From Camelus dromedarius (lineage: Eukaryota), in the NCBI RefSeq assembly GCF_036321535.1, contig NC_087437.1:32428001-32492000 (forward strand): a DNA stretch of 64,000 nt. Direction: 5' to 3'. Positions 1-12,174 of this stretch are shown in pieces. The notes under the pieces are model-generated. The model was not told where the DNA came from. It did not search any database and saw only the letters and a program-made list of their open reading frames with translations. The position numbers and the translations under genes are program-made. Every line of letters starts with the position of its first letter. Positions within the stretch are counted from its first letter, which is position 1.

Positions 1-2705
1 CTGGTTTTTTGAAAAAGTAAATAAAATCGACAAACCTCTGGCCAAACTCACAAAGAAGAAAAAAGAGAGAGCACAAATTAGCAAAATAAGAAAGGAAAAT
101 GGAGAAATTACAACAAACAAAATAGAAATACAGAATATCATACGAGAATATTATGAAAAACTATATGGAACCAAACTGGATAACCTAGAGGAGATGGACA
201 AGTTTCTGGAAACATACTGTCCACTAAGACTGAATCAAGAAGAAACTGACCACTTGAACAAACCGATCACTAGAAATGAAATCGAATGAGCAAGAAAAAA
301 ACCTCCCTACAAATAAAAGTCCAGAACCGGATGCCTTCACCAGGGAATTCTACAAAACATACAAAGAAGAACTCATACCAGTCCTTCTCAAACTCTTCCA
401 GACGATTGAAAAGGAGGGAATACTCCCAAACTCATTCTATGAAGCCACCATCACCCTGATACCAAAACCAGGCAAAGACACTCCAAAAAAAGAGAATTAT
501 AGGCCAATATCACTGATGAACATAGACACTAAAATCCTCACCAAAATATTAGCAAATAGAATCCAACAACACATAAAAAAGATTATACATCATGACCAAG
601 TGGGGTTCATCCCAGGGACACAAGGGTGGTTCAACATATGCAAATCAATCAATGTAATACATCCCATCAACAAGAGAAAGGACAAAAACCAAATGATCAT
701 CTCAATCGATGCAGAAAAAGCATTTGATAAAATTCAACACCCATTTATGATAAAAACTCTCACCAAAGTGGGTATAGAGGGAACATATCCCAACATAATA
801 AAAGCTATTATGACAAACCTACAGCCAGCATAGTACTCAACGGTGAAAAACTCAAAAGCTTCCCACTAAAATCTGGGACAAGACAAGGATGCCCACTATC
901 ACCACTCCTATTCAACAAAATCTTGGAAGTCCTAGCCACAGCAATCAGGCAAGAGAGAGAAATAAAAGGGATCCAAATTGGAAGAGAAGAGGTAAAAGTG
1001 TCACTATATGCCGCCATGTTACTATATATAGAAGACCCTAAAAGGTCCACACAAAAACTACTAGAGCTGATTGAAGAATTCAGCAAGGTAGCAGGTTACA
1101 AGATTAATGTTCAAAAATCAATGCCATTTCTTTACACTAATGATGAATCAAGAGAAAAAGAAAGTAAAGAAACAATCCCCTTTAAAACAGCACCCAAAGT
1201 AATAAAATATCTGGGAATAAATCTAACCAAGGAGGTGAAAGAATTATACACAGAAAACTATAAACCACTGATGAAGAAAATTGAAGAAGACTTTAAAAAA
1301 TGGAAAGATATCCCATGCTCTTGGATTGGAAGAATCAATATTGTTAAAATGGTCGCACTGCCCAAGGCAATCTACAGATTTAATGCAATCCCTATCAAAT
1401 TACCCAGGACATATTTCACAGAACTAGAACAAATCATAATAAAATTTATATGGAACTATCAAAGACCTAGAATTGCCAATGCATTACTGAAGAGAAAGAA
1501 AGAGGCTGGAGGAATAACTCTCCCAGACTTCAGGCAATACTATAGAGCTACAGTCATCAAGACAGCGTGGTATTGGTACAAAAACAGACATATAGACCAA
1601 TGGAACAGAATAGAGAGCCCAGAAATGAACCCACAAACTTTTGGTCAACTCATCTTCGACAAAGGAGGCAAGAATATACAATGGAATAAAGACAGTCTCT
1701 TCAGCAAATGGTGTTGGGAAGACTGGACAGCAGCATGTAAAACAATGAAGCTAGAACACTCCCTTACACCATACACAAAAATCAACTCAAGATGGATCAA
1801 AGACTTAAACATAAGACAAGATACAATAAACCTCCTAGAGGAAAACATAGGCAAAACATTATCTGACATACATCTCAAAAATTTTCTCCTAGAAGAAATA
1901 AACGCAAGAATAAACAAATGGGACCTAATGAAACTTACAAGCTTCTGCACAGCAAAGGAAACCATAAGTAAAACAAAAAGACAACCTACAGAATGGGAGA
2001 AAATTTTTGCAAATGAAACTGACAAAGGCTTGATCTCCAGAATATATAAGCAGCTCATACGGCTCAATAAGAAAAAAATAAACAACCCAATCCAAAAATG
2101 GGCAGAAGACCTAAACAAGCAATTCTCCAAGGAAGACATACAAATGATCAATAGGCACATGAGAAAATGCTCAATATCACTAATTATCAGAGAAATGCAA
2201 ATCAAAACTACAATGAGGTATCACCTCACACCAGTCAGAATGGCCATCATTCAAAAATCCACAAATGACAAATGCTGGAGAGGCTGTGGAGAATTGGGAA
2301 CCCTCCTACACTGCTGGTGGGAATGCAGTTTGGTGCAGCCACTGTGGAAAACAGTATGGAGATTCTTCAAAAGACTAGGAATAGACTTCCCATATGACCC
2401 AGGAATCCCGCTCCTGGGTATATATCCAGAAGGAACCCTACTTCAAAATGACCTGCACCCCAATGTTCATAGCAGCACTATTTACAATAGCCAAGACATG
2501 GAAGCAGCCTAGATGTCCATCAACAGATGAGTGGATAAAGAAGAGGTGGTATATTTATACAATGGAATACTACTCAGCCATAAAAACCGACAACATAACA
2601 CCATTTGCAGCAACCTGGATGCTCCTGGAGAATGTCATTCTAAGTGAAGTAAGCCAGAAAGAGAAAGAAAAATACCATATGAGATCGCTCATATGTGGAA
2701 TCTAA
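1..2705 (+). pseudogene. Disrupted L1 ORF2 (reverse transcriptase and C-terminal CCHC region)
   Basis: Frame breaks near 290, 805 and 2450; the last is a 2-bp loss relative to the sister copy at 12421-12440. The catalytic YADD position reads TAT GCC GCC ATG (YAAM) at 1007-1018. Stop TAA at 2703-2705. Confidence 0.93.
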
Positions 2706-3025
2706 AAAAAAAAAAAAAAAAAAAAAAAGCATAAATACAAAACAGAAATAGACTCACAGACATAGAATATAAACTTGTGGTTGCCAAGAGGGGAGGGGGT
2801 GGGAAGAGAGAGATAGACTGGGATTTCAAAATTGTAGAATAGATAAACAAGATTATACTGTATAGCACAGGGAAATATATACAAGATCTTATGGTAGCTC
2901 ACAGAGAAAAAAATGTGACAATGAATAAATACATGTTCATGTATAACTGAAAAATTGTGCTCTACACTGGAATTTGACACAACATTGTAAAATGATTATA
3001 AATCAATAAAAAAAAAGTTAAAAAA
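1..3025 (+). mobile_element. Young LINE-1, 3' portion (ORF2 RT and C-terminal region, 3' UTR, A-tail); continues off the left edge of the window
   Basis: ORF track 276-833, 923-2512 and 2394-2705 give L1 ORF2 motifs ([58 protein letters not shown]). The 3' UTR has a G-rich tract near 2789-2803, then AATAAA near 3005 and an A-rich tail. Confidence 0.98.
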
Positions 3026-3340
3026 TGATGCAAATGAATTTATTTACAAATGAAAAATAGACTCACAGGCATAGAAAACAAACTTGTGGGTGCCAAAGGG
3101 GAAAGGAGGGAGGGATAAATTAGCAATTTGGGATTAATAGACATGCACTATATATCTATGCATAAGATAGTAAACAACATGGACCTACTATATAGCACAG
3201 GAAACTATATTCAATATCTTGTAATAACCTATAATGGAAAAGGATCTGAAAAATTATATACATAACTGAATAACTTTGCTATAAACCTGAAAACTGTAAG
3301 TTAGCTATACTTTAATTTTTTTAAATAATAAATATATTTT
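3026..3340 (+). mobile_element. 3' UTR remnant of an older L1 subfamily directly behind the young L1 tail
   Basis: 'tgatgcaaatgaatttatttacaaa..gactcacaggcatagaaaacaaactt..ggacctactatatagcacaggaaactatattcaatatcttg' is homologous to the 3' UTRs at 16670-16940 and 20160-20460. Confidence 0.85.
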
Positions 3341-3349
3341 TTAAAAGGT

Positions 3350-3820
3350 TTCTATCTAGAAAGCTAAGAACCAGCTTTGAGGCTGCAAACTGATAGCAGT
3401 GCCCAAAATAATACCTCAGCACTGTCCCGTGAGAACCTTGCTGCTCTTGGGCACAGACCTGGCCAGCCACCAGCCTCTTGATCTGCTGGCATCCCAATGC
3501 AGGCTGCAGGACCCTGTAGCTAGACCCCCACCCACACCAGAATGGAGACCTAGCTCCACTGAATGGAGTCCTACTAAATGGAGTCTGTCTACCACCCACA
3601 ACAGAGTGGAACCCTAGCAGTCCCTGCTTCCATGTCTGCACCTACTGAATCTAAGTCAGTGAAGCCACATGCCTGCTCCTGGCTCTCAGGAGGCTGGCAG
3701 AGCCCTCAGCTGGCATTTCCACTTCCATAGTGGAATATGTTCTCTCTTTCTCACTAAGACTCATAAGGTGGGAATTCTTCAAACAGAAAGGGAGTTCATT
3801 TACTGAGGAGCCAAAAAAGA
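3350..3820 (-). mobile_element. Degenerate MaLR LTR fragment (MLT1M/N-like)
   Basis: 'ctaagactcataaggtgggaattcttcaaacagaaagggagttca' resembles an old MLT1 terminus; recall only. Confidence 0.4.
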
Positions 3821-6039
3821 ATAATAAATGGCCTCCATGAGAATCTTTCACTTTTCCTGGAATTAAGCAAAGAAAGGAAATTATTTGGTCTGCATTTTTA
3901 TTCTGTGTCTATAGTTTGCCGTATTCTGAGACTAGACTTAATTGAAGCTCCCAAGTTCATTTCCATGTGTCTTGGATTCATCAGTCTCTCCAACACAAAA
4001 ATATTTTATTAAGCACTAAAGTAAAGTTGCTTAGTTCATACCTAGGATACTGAGTTTTTATGCTGGTTTCCCACATTGTGCTATGGTACGTTCCTATATC
4101 TAAAATTTGCCAAGTGTGGGCAGGTATTATGCATTGCAAAATACTGATGTATCCTTAATTACATGTGGAATGTGAAACAACCATGCCAACTACCGTACTC
4201 TGGACATTTATCCTAAATTTTCCATTTAATGTCATAAGTAGATCTTATTTTTAGAGGGCGCAAACATTAGGTATATGCCAGGAACTATGAGGTTTAACAT
4301 GTTTTTGTGGCCCTGACATCCTAACTTGCTCAGGAAAGGAAAGTTTGTGCTGGCTCAAAGACATCTCTAAAATTTCTTTCCCCTGCATGCGATGCTTTAT
4401 TTCTAAAACATTTTCTGGTCTTATAAATTACAACTCCTCCTGCCATTAGTTGGCAGACACTTTAAAAGGGGTGGTAATATACACTTTTTCAGAAGTAACT
4501 GAATGGTATGATTTCAATCCTACATAGTCACTGTTTAGCAGTCTTGTTCTGACAGGTGAATCCAAATTTTCTCTTTGGGAATATATTAGGTTATTATCTC
4601 AAATAGAAAATCAAATGAATCCTCAACAAAAGATTTCTCAACGAAAGATTTCTCAATTTTTTCAATGGGAAACTTTCTTTTCCCATGAGAAGGAAAGAGG
4701 ACATCTTTACCCAAGAGCAAGCATTCAGTTCAAATCAGAAAAGATATGAAGTAGTCAATTTCAACATACAGTTAACAGAAACAACTTTGGAGGAGGGACC
4801 CCAGTATTCCCATAACCTATCTTCCTAATGCAAAATTCTGAATCTCCTTTTGGGAAAACAAAAAAGAGTCAGGTTAGTTTTGAAACACAGAGTATTTCCA
4901 AATGCAAAGGGTCCCACCTGAGTCATCATGAACAAGGCTTTTATGTGTTACCAGGTTCCACCACCTCTATGCATTTTTCTATGGAGAACGTGCATGGCTT
5001 TCAAGAAAATCAAAAAGGGACATATTTCAAAAAATAAAAGTTAGGAAACAATGTTCTGAGAATAAAACAAAGAGCCTCTTACTCCTTCCAAGGGTGGGTT
5101 CTTCAGCCACCACCATCTAATTGAAACAGTGAAGGTAAAATCGATTTTCAAAATTCAAAATTTTTCTGGAGTTCTAGTTTCTATATTTCTTAGATACGAG
5201 GACACAAACTGCAAACATCCTTATTCTAAAGGGATTTCTTTATGGGAGTGAATTACTCTTCCATTACTTCCAAAGCAGTGAGTCCTAAGCGGCTACTCCA
5301 TCCAGTATTTATAAGCATGGCCACCCTCACCACCATTCCCAACCAGAGCCACCACATGGTGGCAGGTGACAGTACTGTTCAAGATGCAGAGCTGTCCCTC
5401 TGCAGTAGGAGATATCGCCATATAGAATGAAGTAATAACCATGAGTGAGGCATTCAAGCCATAAAAATGGCTTTTTTTTATTTTAAAATGCTCCTTGGCA
5501 GTTTAAAATTCTAAAGCATAGTCTCTTCTGATGCTTTCCATTGTGTTTCCACAAAATTCAAAGGACATAGCTGTCATCAGGTATGGCTAATTGGTCCTTT
5601 TTAACATACTAAAAATATTCTGATTTGTAATCCAGATAGTCCAGTCCTCATCAGTTTGTGATTACAAAATGTCATGACTGAATTAATCATTAGCCTTTTT
5701 TTTTTTTTTTCAGAAAGTCATCTGTCTCAAAGTGTCCTCCCTTATTTTCAGGAGTCCCCTACTAACCCCAGTGCACTTTGTTCATCATGGCATTACACCA
5801 AACAGTTCCCAAAGCATGGAACTCTAGACCCAGAAGATGCCCCAGGAAGAAGAAGACTCAAGGTCTCCACGTCCCTCCTTGGAGAGAGGCCATGCACGTT
5901 CAGTCAGTACAGGTGCTAAGTACCATTTTGCCTTCTCTAATCTAAAGTCACTTAACTGATGACCCAGAAAGGGAAAAGTTTGCGGTTGGAGTAGATGCTT
6001 ACTTTCAGGTGTAACCTTCTGCAACTTTTATGACGTCAT

Positions 6040-6185
6040 CCTTGTTAAGTGGGTAGGATGAATATCAACTGCTCCATGTTGGAGATGAGAACGTTGAGGC
6101 ACAAAAAGGTTAAATGATTTGTTCAATGTTACCCAGGGTATGTGTGACAAAGCTGAGACTCAAGTCCAATGCTCTTTCTATTACC
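6040..6185 (-). mobile_element. MIR SINE fragment
   Basis: MIR-like core 'gatgagaacgttgaggcacaaaaaggttaaatgatttgttcaatgttaccca'. Confidence 0.7.
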
Positions 6186-7417
6186 CTGATGGTTTGGAGC
6201 TTCCAAATAGTCACAAGAGGCTGGGACAGTCACTTACTCCATGCCACCTAAACACAGAAACACACCTGGGTCTTCAGAGAAGCCATTGTAGGAATGATTT
6301 CCTGGGTCACAGGATTTTCCTCAAATTCTTGATCTTATTATCCTACCCTAATACCTTAGCAAGGTCAGGAAATTCCTACTGATTTCTCTCACCAACCCAC
6401 AAGCAAACTTTGTCAGCCTTTCTCTATTCACACCAATTAGGAATGATAAACCTGAAAATTTCAAGAAATTACGAAATTTAATGAATTGGAGAGAGAAAAT
6501 ATACAAAAACTTTATATTTAAGGTTTGAAAGACTCTTTTAAACCTTTACAAATATAATATTACTCATTAGTTTATGGAATGGGAAATATATCAATTGTAT
6601 TTGATTTGCTCACAAAATCGTTAGGTTTCGCTGCAGTTCAAATAAACCATTTAATGGATTAATTGAAATCTACATTTAAATGTGTTATATTTTCATATAA
6701 ATGGAACACTATATTGCCAAACTTTAAACAATTTGGCTGGTTTTTATATTTTTGAATTTTTGAGAAGCAGAACTCTTGGGAATAAGTGAAACATCACACA
6801 TTAGTAAGACAGAAGGTTATTATATTTTCTGGGCAGAGTCTTCCAATATAGGAAAGGAGGCCATAGTTTTTAACAAAAGAATTCAGATTTAAAAAAAAAC
6901 TTTTTGAATGGTGATGTTATCACAACCTGTCAGTCTCTGTTGTCCAGAAACTTCTATAATTTCTGCCTTTCAAAAGTTTCCTTTGCATCGTTTTGTGGAC
7001 TTCTGAGAATTAGAATTTTGTCCTGAGTGAAACAAGTTTCTTCTTGCCTGTTTTCCAACACAGCTCACTTTCTTCTATGAGAGGCAGCCCTGTGTGGATG
7101 TACCTGACTTAGCTACAAAGAAGAACCTGCTCCATGCAAATTCTGTAAGATCGATGCCTCCCTGGCATGCCATGCAGGAGTCCAAAAAACACTAACCAGT
7201 CCCCTCTGCCTCCCAGATCCCACCCTCACCAGCCTCTGGGTAGCTCCTTTTCCTGAAACTCCTCAGCTGCATCATCACTTGGGTTCTTTATCTCTTCTCA
7301 CCTAATCCTCACCCCACAGCTGCCGCTTGTTTTTCAACACAGGTGGGTCTTAAAAACAAAATTGATCAACTATGTGTTTAAGAAGAATCCAAGTGTGTAT
7401 AACGTCTTTTCGCTGCC

Positions 7418-7700
7418 ATTTCATTCATCCACTCAACAGACTTTTCTTAAGTGCCTGCTCTGGCTAATTTGTTCTGGGTGCCAAGGATACAGAAAGTGTT
7501 AAAACAGGACCCCTGACCTAGAAGAGCTCCATCTAGCAGAAAAGACACTGTGTCCAAAATAAATTATGACACCACAGAGTACACATAGCATCAAGTGCTG
7601 AAGAAATAGAGAAGGAAGCAAATTACTCTACTGGGAGAGTTAGGGAAAAGAGGTGCCTTACAACTAGGTCCTTGAATGTAGAGAGGAGTTTATCAGTCTG
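7418..7700 (-). mobile_element. LINE-2 3' end fragment
   Basis: 'ttcattcatccactcaacagacttttcttaagtgcctgctc..ccctgacctagaagagctc' matches the antisense L2 tail pattern. Confidence 0.65.
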
Positions 7701-8661
7701 AAAATCTGGTCACAAGTATATCTGAGGTAATGGCATATTTTAATTGGAATAAATGGGATGGCTACATACATTTTAACACACACATCAATAGAGTTTTGGA
7801 AGTACAAATGCTGTCAACCTCCAAAGCTCTGTGAGAGAAATTTATGCTTTCTGACCCAAAGGAGGGACATCAATCAACTTTTGGCATTCCCTCCACCTTT
7901 CCTCACAGTCCTGTCAGGAACCTCTCCACACCTTCACCAACCATGATTTAAGTAAGTTATCCCTTCTCCAAGTTTTCAGGCCTACCTGTTAACATCCCCT
8001 CCATCACACCTGATAAATGAACCAGCAATTCATTCTCGTGGAAATACAGCTGTAAAGGTTCATAAATAATAAATTAAAACTTGCAGTTGCCATCTAGGTA
8101 AAAATAATTTTTAGGCTGACTATTGGCAGAGCATTTAGTCATAGCTCAGGGTGGAATATGGTTCTACCACATTCAGATCTAATTTGTGCCTAAGGGGAAC
8201 TATCCAGGTAAAGGTGGACAGGACAATGTCAAAAGTATCTGAATGTCTGGCATTTCATAGGTCTAATAGCTAACTATAACTTGAGGGTATTTGTTAATGG
8301 TTTACCCATGATCCTGATTTTCCTCATCTCAAAAACAAATTTTTTTTTAATGGACAAAACTTCTGCTCACTGTCTCCTCCATATCTCCTTTATTTCCCCA
8401 CCAAATTTGGGGTACAAATTATCCCTCCACTGCCATCTCATTACCACCCATTCCCTTCTCCAACCCCTCCTCACCTGCAAACAGTGAGATCTCCATCAGG
8501 GCACTCCAATCCTATTCTGATTCTGCTCTTGAAGATCTACAATGACCCCTAATCTGGAATCAAACATTTCCATCAAAGCTTAATATTTTATACTACGTGA
8601 TGTATTATTCCTGCCCACAGTCCCTCTTTCTCAAAGCCACCTTTTCTCTTAGTTCTGAATG

Positions 8662-8945
8662 TAGTCATTCATCAAACATCTACTGATGGACCCAAGTTTG
8701 TGCCAGGCACTGAGGTTAGCACCATCTCTGCCTTCAAGAAATTTATAATCCAATAGGGAAGTCAGAAAAGAACCCTATAGTTATAAACAGGCAGGGAATG
8801 TTATTAGAAGACTCACTGGGTGTATCCTTTTACCCAACAAACCAAAGCCTGGAGGAATGTCCTGGAGAATGTGAACTGAGTTAAGAAGATCAGGGTTGAG
8901 TTCACAAGGAAGGAAAAGCAGGCATGGCATTCCAGGAAAAAAGTA
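8662..8945 (-). mobile_element. LINE-2 3' end fragment
   Basis: 'tcattcatcaaacatctactgatgga..tgtgccaggcactgagg..ctctgccttcaagaaatttataatc'. Confidence 0.65.
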
Positions 8946-9109
8946 CATCTATGCTTCTCCTGTCTTGTTTTCCTCCCTGTCATTCTGTCTACCTCTCTCC
9001 TGTTTTCATTCTGGCTATAAACAGAGACTCAGGCCTCATTCCTCAGGTGCTTTCTCTATCCACTTCAGCTCATCAACAGAGCCTACTTCATAGTTTAACC
9101 ATCTGCAAT

Positions 9110-9419
9110 GTGGGATGATAGTCAAATCTGAGCCTCCCACCCAAGATCCCCAGTTCCCTCAGCCCACAAGGAGAGCATGCCATCTCCTGGTTATCAGTGT
9201 TTTCAGACTCTGGCTCATTACCTACCCATGAACAGTGGCCCTTTCACACCTTGAGAATTTCCAGCAATAGTATCATCCTTTTTCCAGGGACTAAAATTCA
9301 AAATCTTGAGAATAACCTTTTCCTTTTCTCTTCCTCCCTACTCAGTTTTTCATGTGTTCATGAATGAATGGAACTACCATTTATCATGGCTTCCCCCTCT
9401 TTCAAAACCTCTAATGGAC
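9110..9419 (+). mobile_element. LINE-2 fragment, left part; continues after the L1 nest at about 16974-17045
   Basis: 'atcatggcttccccctctttcaaaacctctaatgg' joined to 'ctctctgttgccctcaaaataaaataaattcttaatctagattttaaattctccataatctagtccct' reconstitutes a typical L2 segment. Confidence 0.6.
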
Positions 9420-9710
9420 ACTGCAGCCTGAGGGAAAACCCATGTTGGTGTGAGGTACAGGAGTGAAGAGCTGAGTGCTGGAAGAAGCTATTTTGAGCTT
9501 CAACATTTTCCTCTCTGAAGGAAGCAGTTGATGAAAGGAGAATCTTGGATGGACAGTCATGGATAGATTATGAAACTTACTCCCACATCTTGAGAAGCAT
9601 GTAAAATGTGAAGGGGCTGGCAGCCAGGACGGCAAAGTAGGAGACAGAGCTCACCTCCTCTCCTAAGCACACCAAAATCACAACTGACTACAGAACAATG
9701 ACAGATGAAC

Positions 9711-9918
9711 ACTATTATATATAAAATACTTCAACAACAAGGACCTACTGCATAGCTCAGGGAATTATATTCAGTTTCTTATAATAAGCTATAATGGAAA
9801 AGAATTTGAAAATATATATATTTATGTGCATGTATATGTATAACTGAATCGCTTTGCTGTAAACCTGAAACTAACATTGTAAATCAACTACACTTCAGCG
9901 AAAAAATAAAACTAAAAC
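9711..9918 (+). mobile_element. 5'-truncated L1 3' UTR (about 200 bp) inserted into the older L1 5' UTR
   Basis: 'aacaacaaggacctactgcatagctcagggaattatattcag..taactgaatcgctttgctgtaaacctgaaactaacattgtaaatcaactacacttca' plus an A-rich tail; homologous to 20285-20460. Confidence 0.88.
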
Positions 9919-9930
9919 AAAAAAGACTGG

Positions 9931-11270
9931 GAGAGAGAAGCAAGATGGTGGAGTAGAAGGACGCTTGTAGCTCACCCTCTCCCACAAATACACCAGAACT
10001 CACACCTACAGACCCACTCAGCCAACCAGAGCACCTGCCAAACTCCAACAGAACATTGTTCTCTTCGAAAGACAAAGACACCAAAAATCTGGTAGGAGAA
10101 AAGGAAAAAAGAAAGAAGAAAAAGCAAAATAGTGCAGGACCGATCCCGTGGGGAGGGAGCAGCAAAGGAGGACTGGCGCTCGTTTGCTAGGTCTCCCCTC
10201 TCCAACAGAGAGGCCAGTGGGTTGGAGGGGGAGCCTCCAAAGCTCAGATCTTCCCTGAGCACCCCTTGACCGACAGAACTGAGTTAAACAGGCACAAAGG
10301 GTCCCTGCGACATCCAGCCCGAGAATCGAGCCAGCAGCTGGGGCTGGGGCAGGCCACCTAAGCCAGGCGCAGGACTGAGGCGGCTGCACTGAGGCAACCG
10401 CAGGGGACTGAATGGGGCTGCACGCCGTGGCTGGGAGGGAATACGGAGCAGAACAACCTCGGGCCCCCATAAATAGCGAAAAAAGCAAAGCAACACGGCT
10501 GGTGTGCTCTGGGGGGAGGGGCGCTGTAGCCTTTGTCTCCTCAGACCTGTGCTGCCATTACTGGAGCTTCTCACGAGAAGAGAGGCAGGGCTCAGGCACA
10601 GCCGCCATCTCCTCCTGTGCACAGCACTGGGGCAGGAGTGGGGCCAAGCCCTGAATCCACACCCGGGGGCTCCACAACCTCCTAGGCAGGACTGAGACTT
10701 GTTTACAGCCCGAGGCTGATAGGCTTTTTCTGCCCTGGCACCTCAGAGAACTTGCAACACCAAGACAAACAAGGAGCTGAGATTTGGCACGGAGCAGGGG
10801 CAGGGCCATTCCGCGGTCTTCCCCAAGCCCGCCTTCAGAGCGCTGACCTAAGGCGGAGCAGGCAGCTGCACAGAGCAGTGGAGCAACGAGTGCCGGGAGA
10901 GGGCGGGCAGCCACCCCCCTTCCTGGCAGGAACGCAGCACCTGACTACGGTGCTGGGAGGGGGCGCAATCCACCCACCTGCCTCCCCGAGTGCAGCATCT
11001 GACTGCAGCATCAGGAGGGGGAGTGACCTGCCCGCCCACCGGCTAAGAGCTCAGCTCCTGACCCAGTGTTAGGAGGGGGTGCGATCTGCTAGCTGACAGC
11101 CAATGGGAGCAGCACAGATGAGGGCGCCAACAGAAGGCCTCTGGAAACAGCAAGCTGAGTTCACGAAACAGGGCGAAGACACAAAGACCTCTCAATAAAA
11201 TCATTAAGAGTACACCATCTCCAGTATAACTATATAACTGATACTCCTTAAGCCACACTGCCAGAGAGAT
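9931..11270 (+). promoter_or_regulatory. L1 internal promoter / 5' UTR (GC- and CpG-rich) with YY1-like site
   Basis: CAAGATGGTGG at 9941-9951 matches the L1 YY1 motif CAAGATGGCGG with one CpG-type transition. This is the most CpG-rich stretch of the window. Confidence 0.7.
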
Positions 11271-12174
11271 ATGAGCAATATGAAGAAGCAGAGGAACCAC
11301 TCCCAATTAAAAGATCAAGAGAAATCTCTTGAAAGCATGATCAAGGAAATAGACATTGATGGCCTACTAGATCAAGATTTCAAAAAAGGAGTGATCAAAG
11401 TACTGAAGGAACTAAAAGAAATAGTGTTTAGAGATATAGAATATGTCAAAAATGAAATAGAAGCTATAAAGAAGAACCAAGTAGAATTAGTAAACTCATT
11501 TGCTGAGAGGAGAGCTGAACTACAGACTGTACAAAGCAGGCTACATAATGCAAAGGAACGAATAAGTGACCTAGAAGACAAGACAACAGAAAGCACCCAA
11601 TCACAACAGCTGAGAGAAAAACAAATAAAAAACAATGAAAACAATATAAGGGACCTATGGGATAATATAAAACATGCCAATCTACGCATAATAGGAGTTC
11701 CAGAAGGGGAAGGAAGAACAAAGGGGACTGAAAAGGTATTTGAAGAAATTATGACTGAAAACTTCCCAAACCTAAAGAAAGAATCAGATATCCAAGTGCA
11801 GGAGGCTCAGAGGGTCCCAAACAAGAAGAACCCAAACAGACCCACACCAAGACATACCATAATCAAGACGGCCAGAGTCAAGGATAAAGAAATGATCCTA
11901 AAGGCAGCAAGAGAAAAACAAAGAGTCAGTTACAAGGGAACCCCCATAAGGCTCTCAGCTGATTTCTCTACACAAACACTACAGGCCAGAAGAGAGTGGC
12001 AAGACATATTCAAAGTCCTGAATGAAAAAAAAGATGCAGCCTAGGATATTCTATCCAGCAAGGCTATCCTTTAGAATAGAAGGAGAGATAAAGAACTTCA
12101 CAGACAAGCAAAAACGAAAAGAGTTTAGCTACACTAAACCTATGCTAAAAGAAACATTGACAGGTCTACTCTAA
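11271..12174 (+). pseudogene. L1 ORF1 (coiled coil, RRM, CTD) with a single frameshift in an A-run near 12030
   Basis: 257-aa ORF with [34 protein letters not shown] and ARREW motifs. It continues in the shifted frame as MQPRIFYPARLSFRIEGEIKNF..GLL* (TAA 12172-12174). Confidence 0.92.

Noticed and set aside
808..2980. Minus-strand ORFs of 65-186 aa over the first L1
   Set aside because: Antisense shadows of the A-rich L1 sequence, with no independent coding evidence.
9884..11306. Many overlapping ORFs in the L1 5' UTR, including an ORF0-like antisense idea
   Set aside because: GC-rich DNA is stop-poor, several ORFs start at non-ATG codons, and I recognise no homology to primate ORF0.
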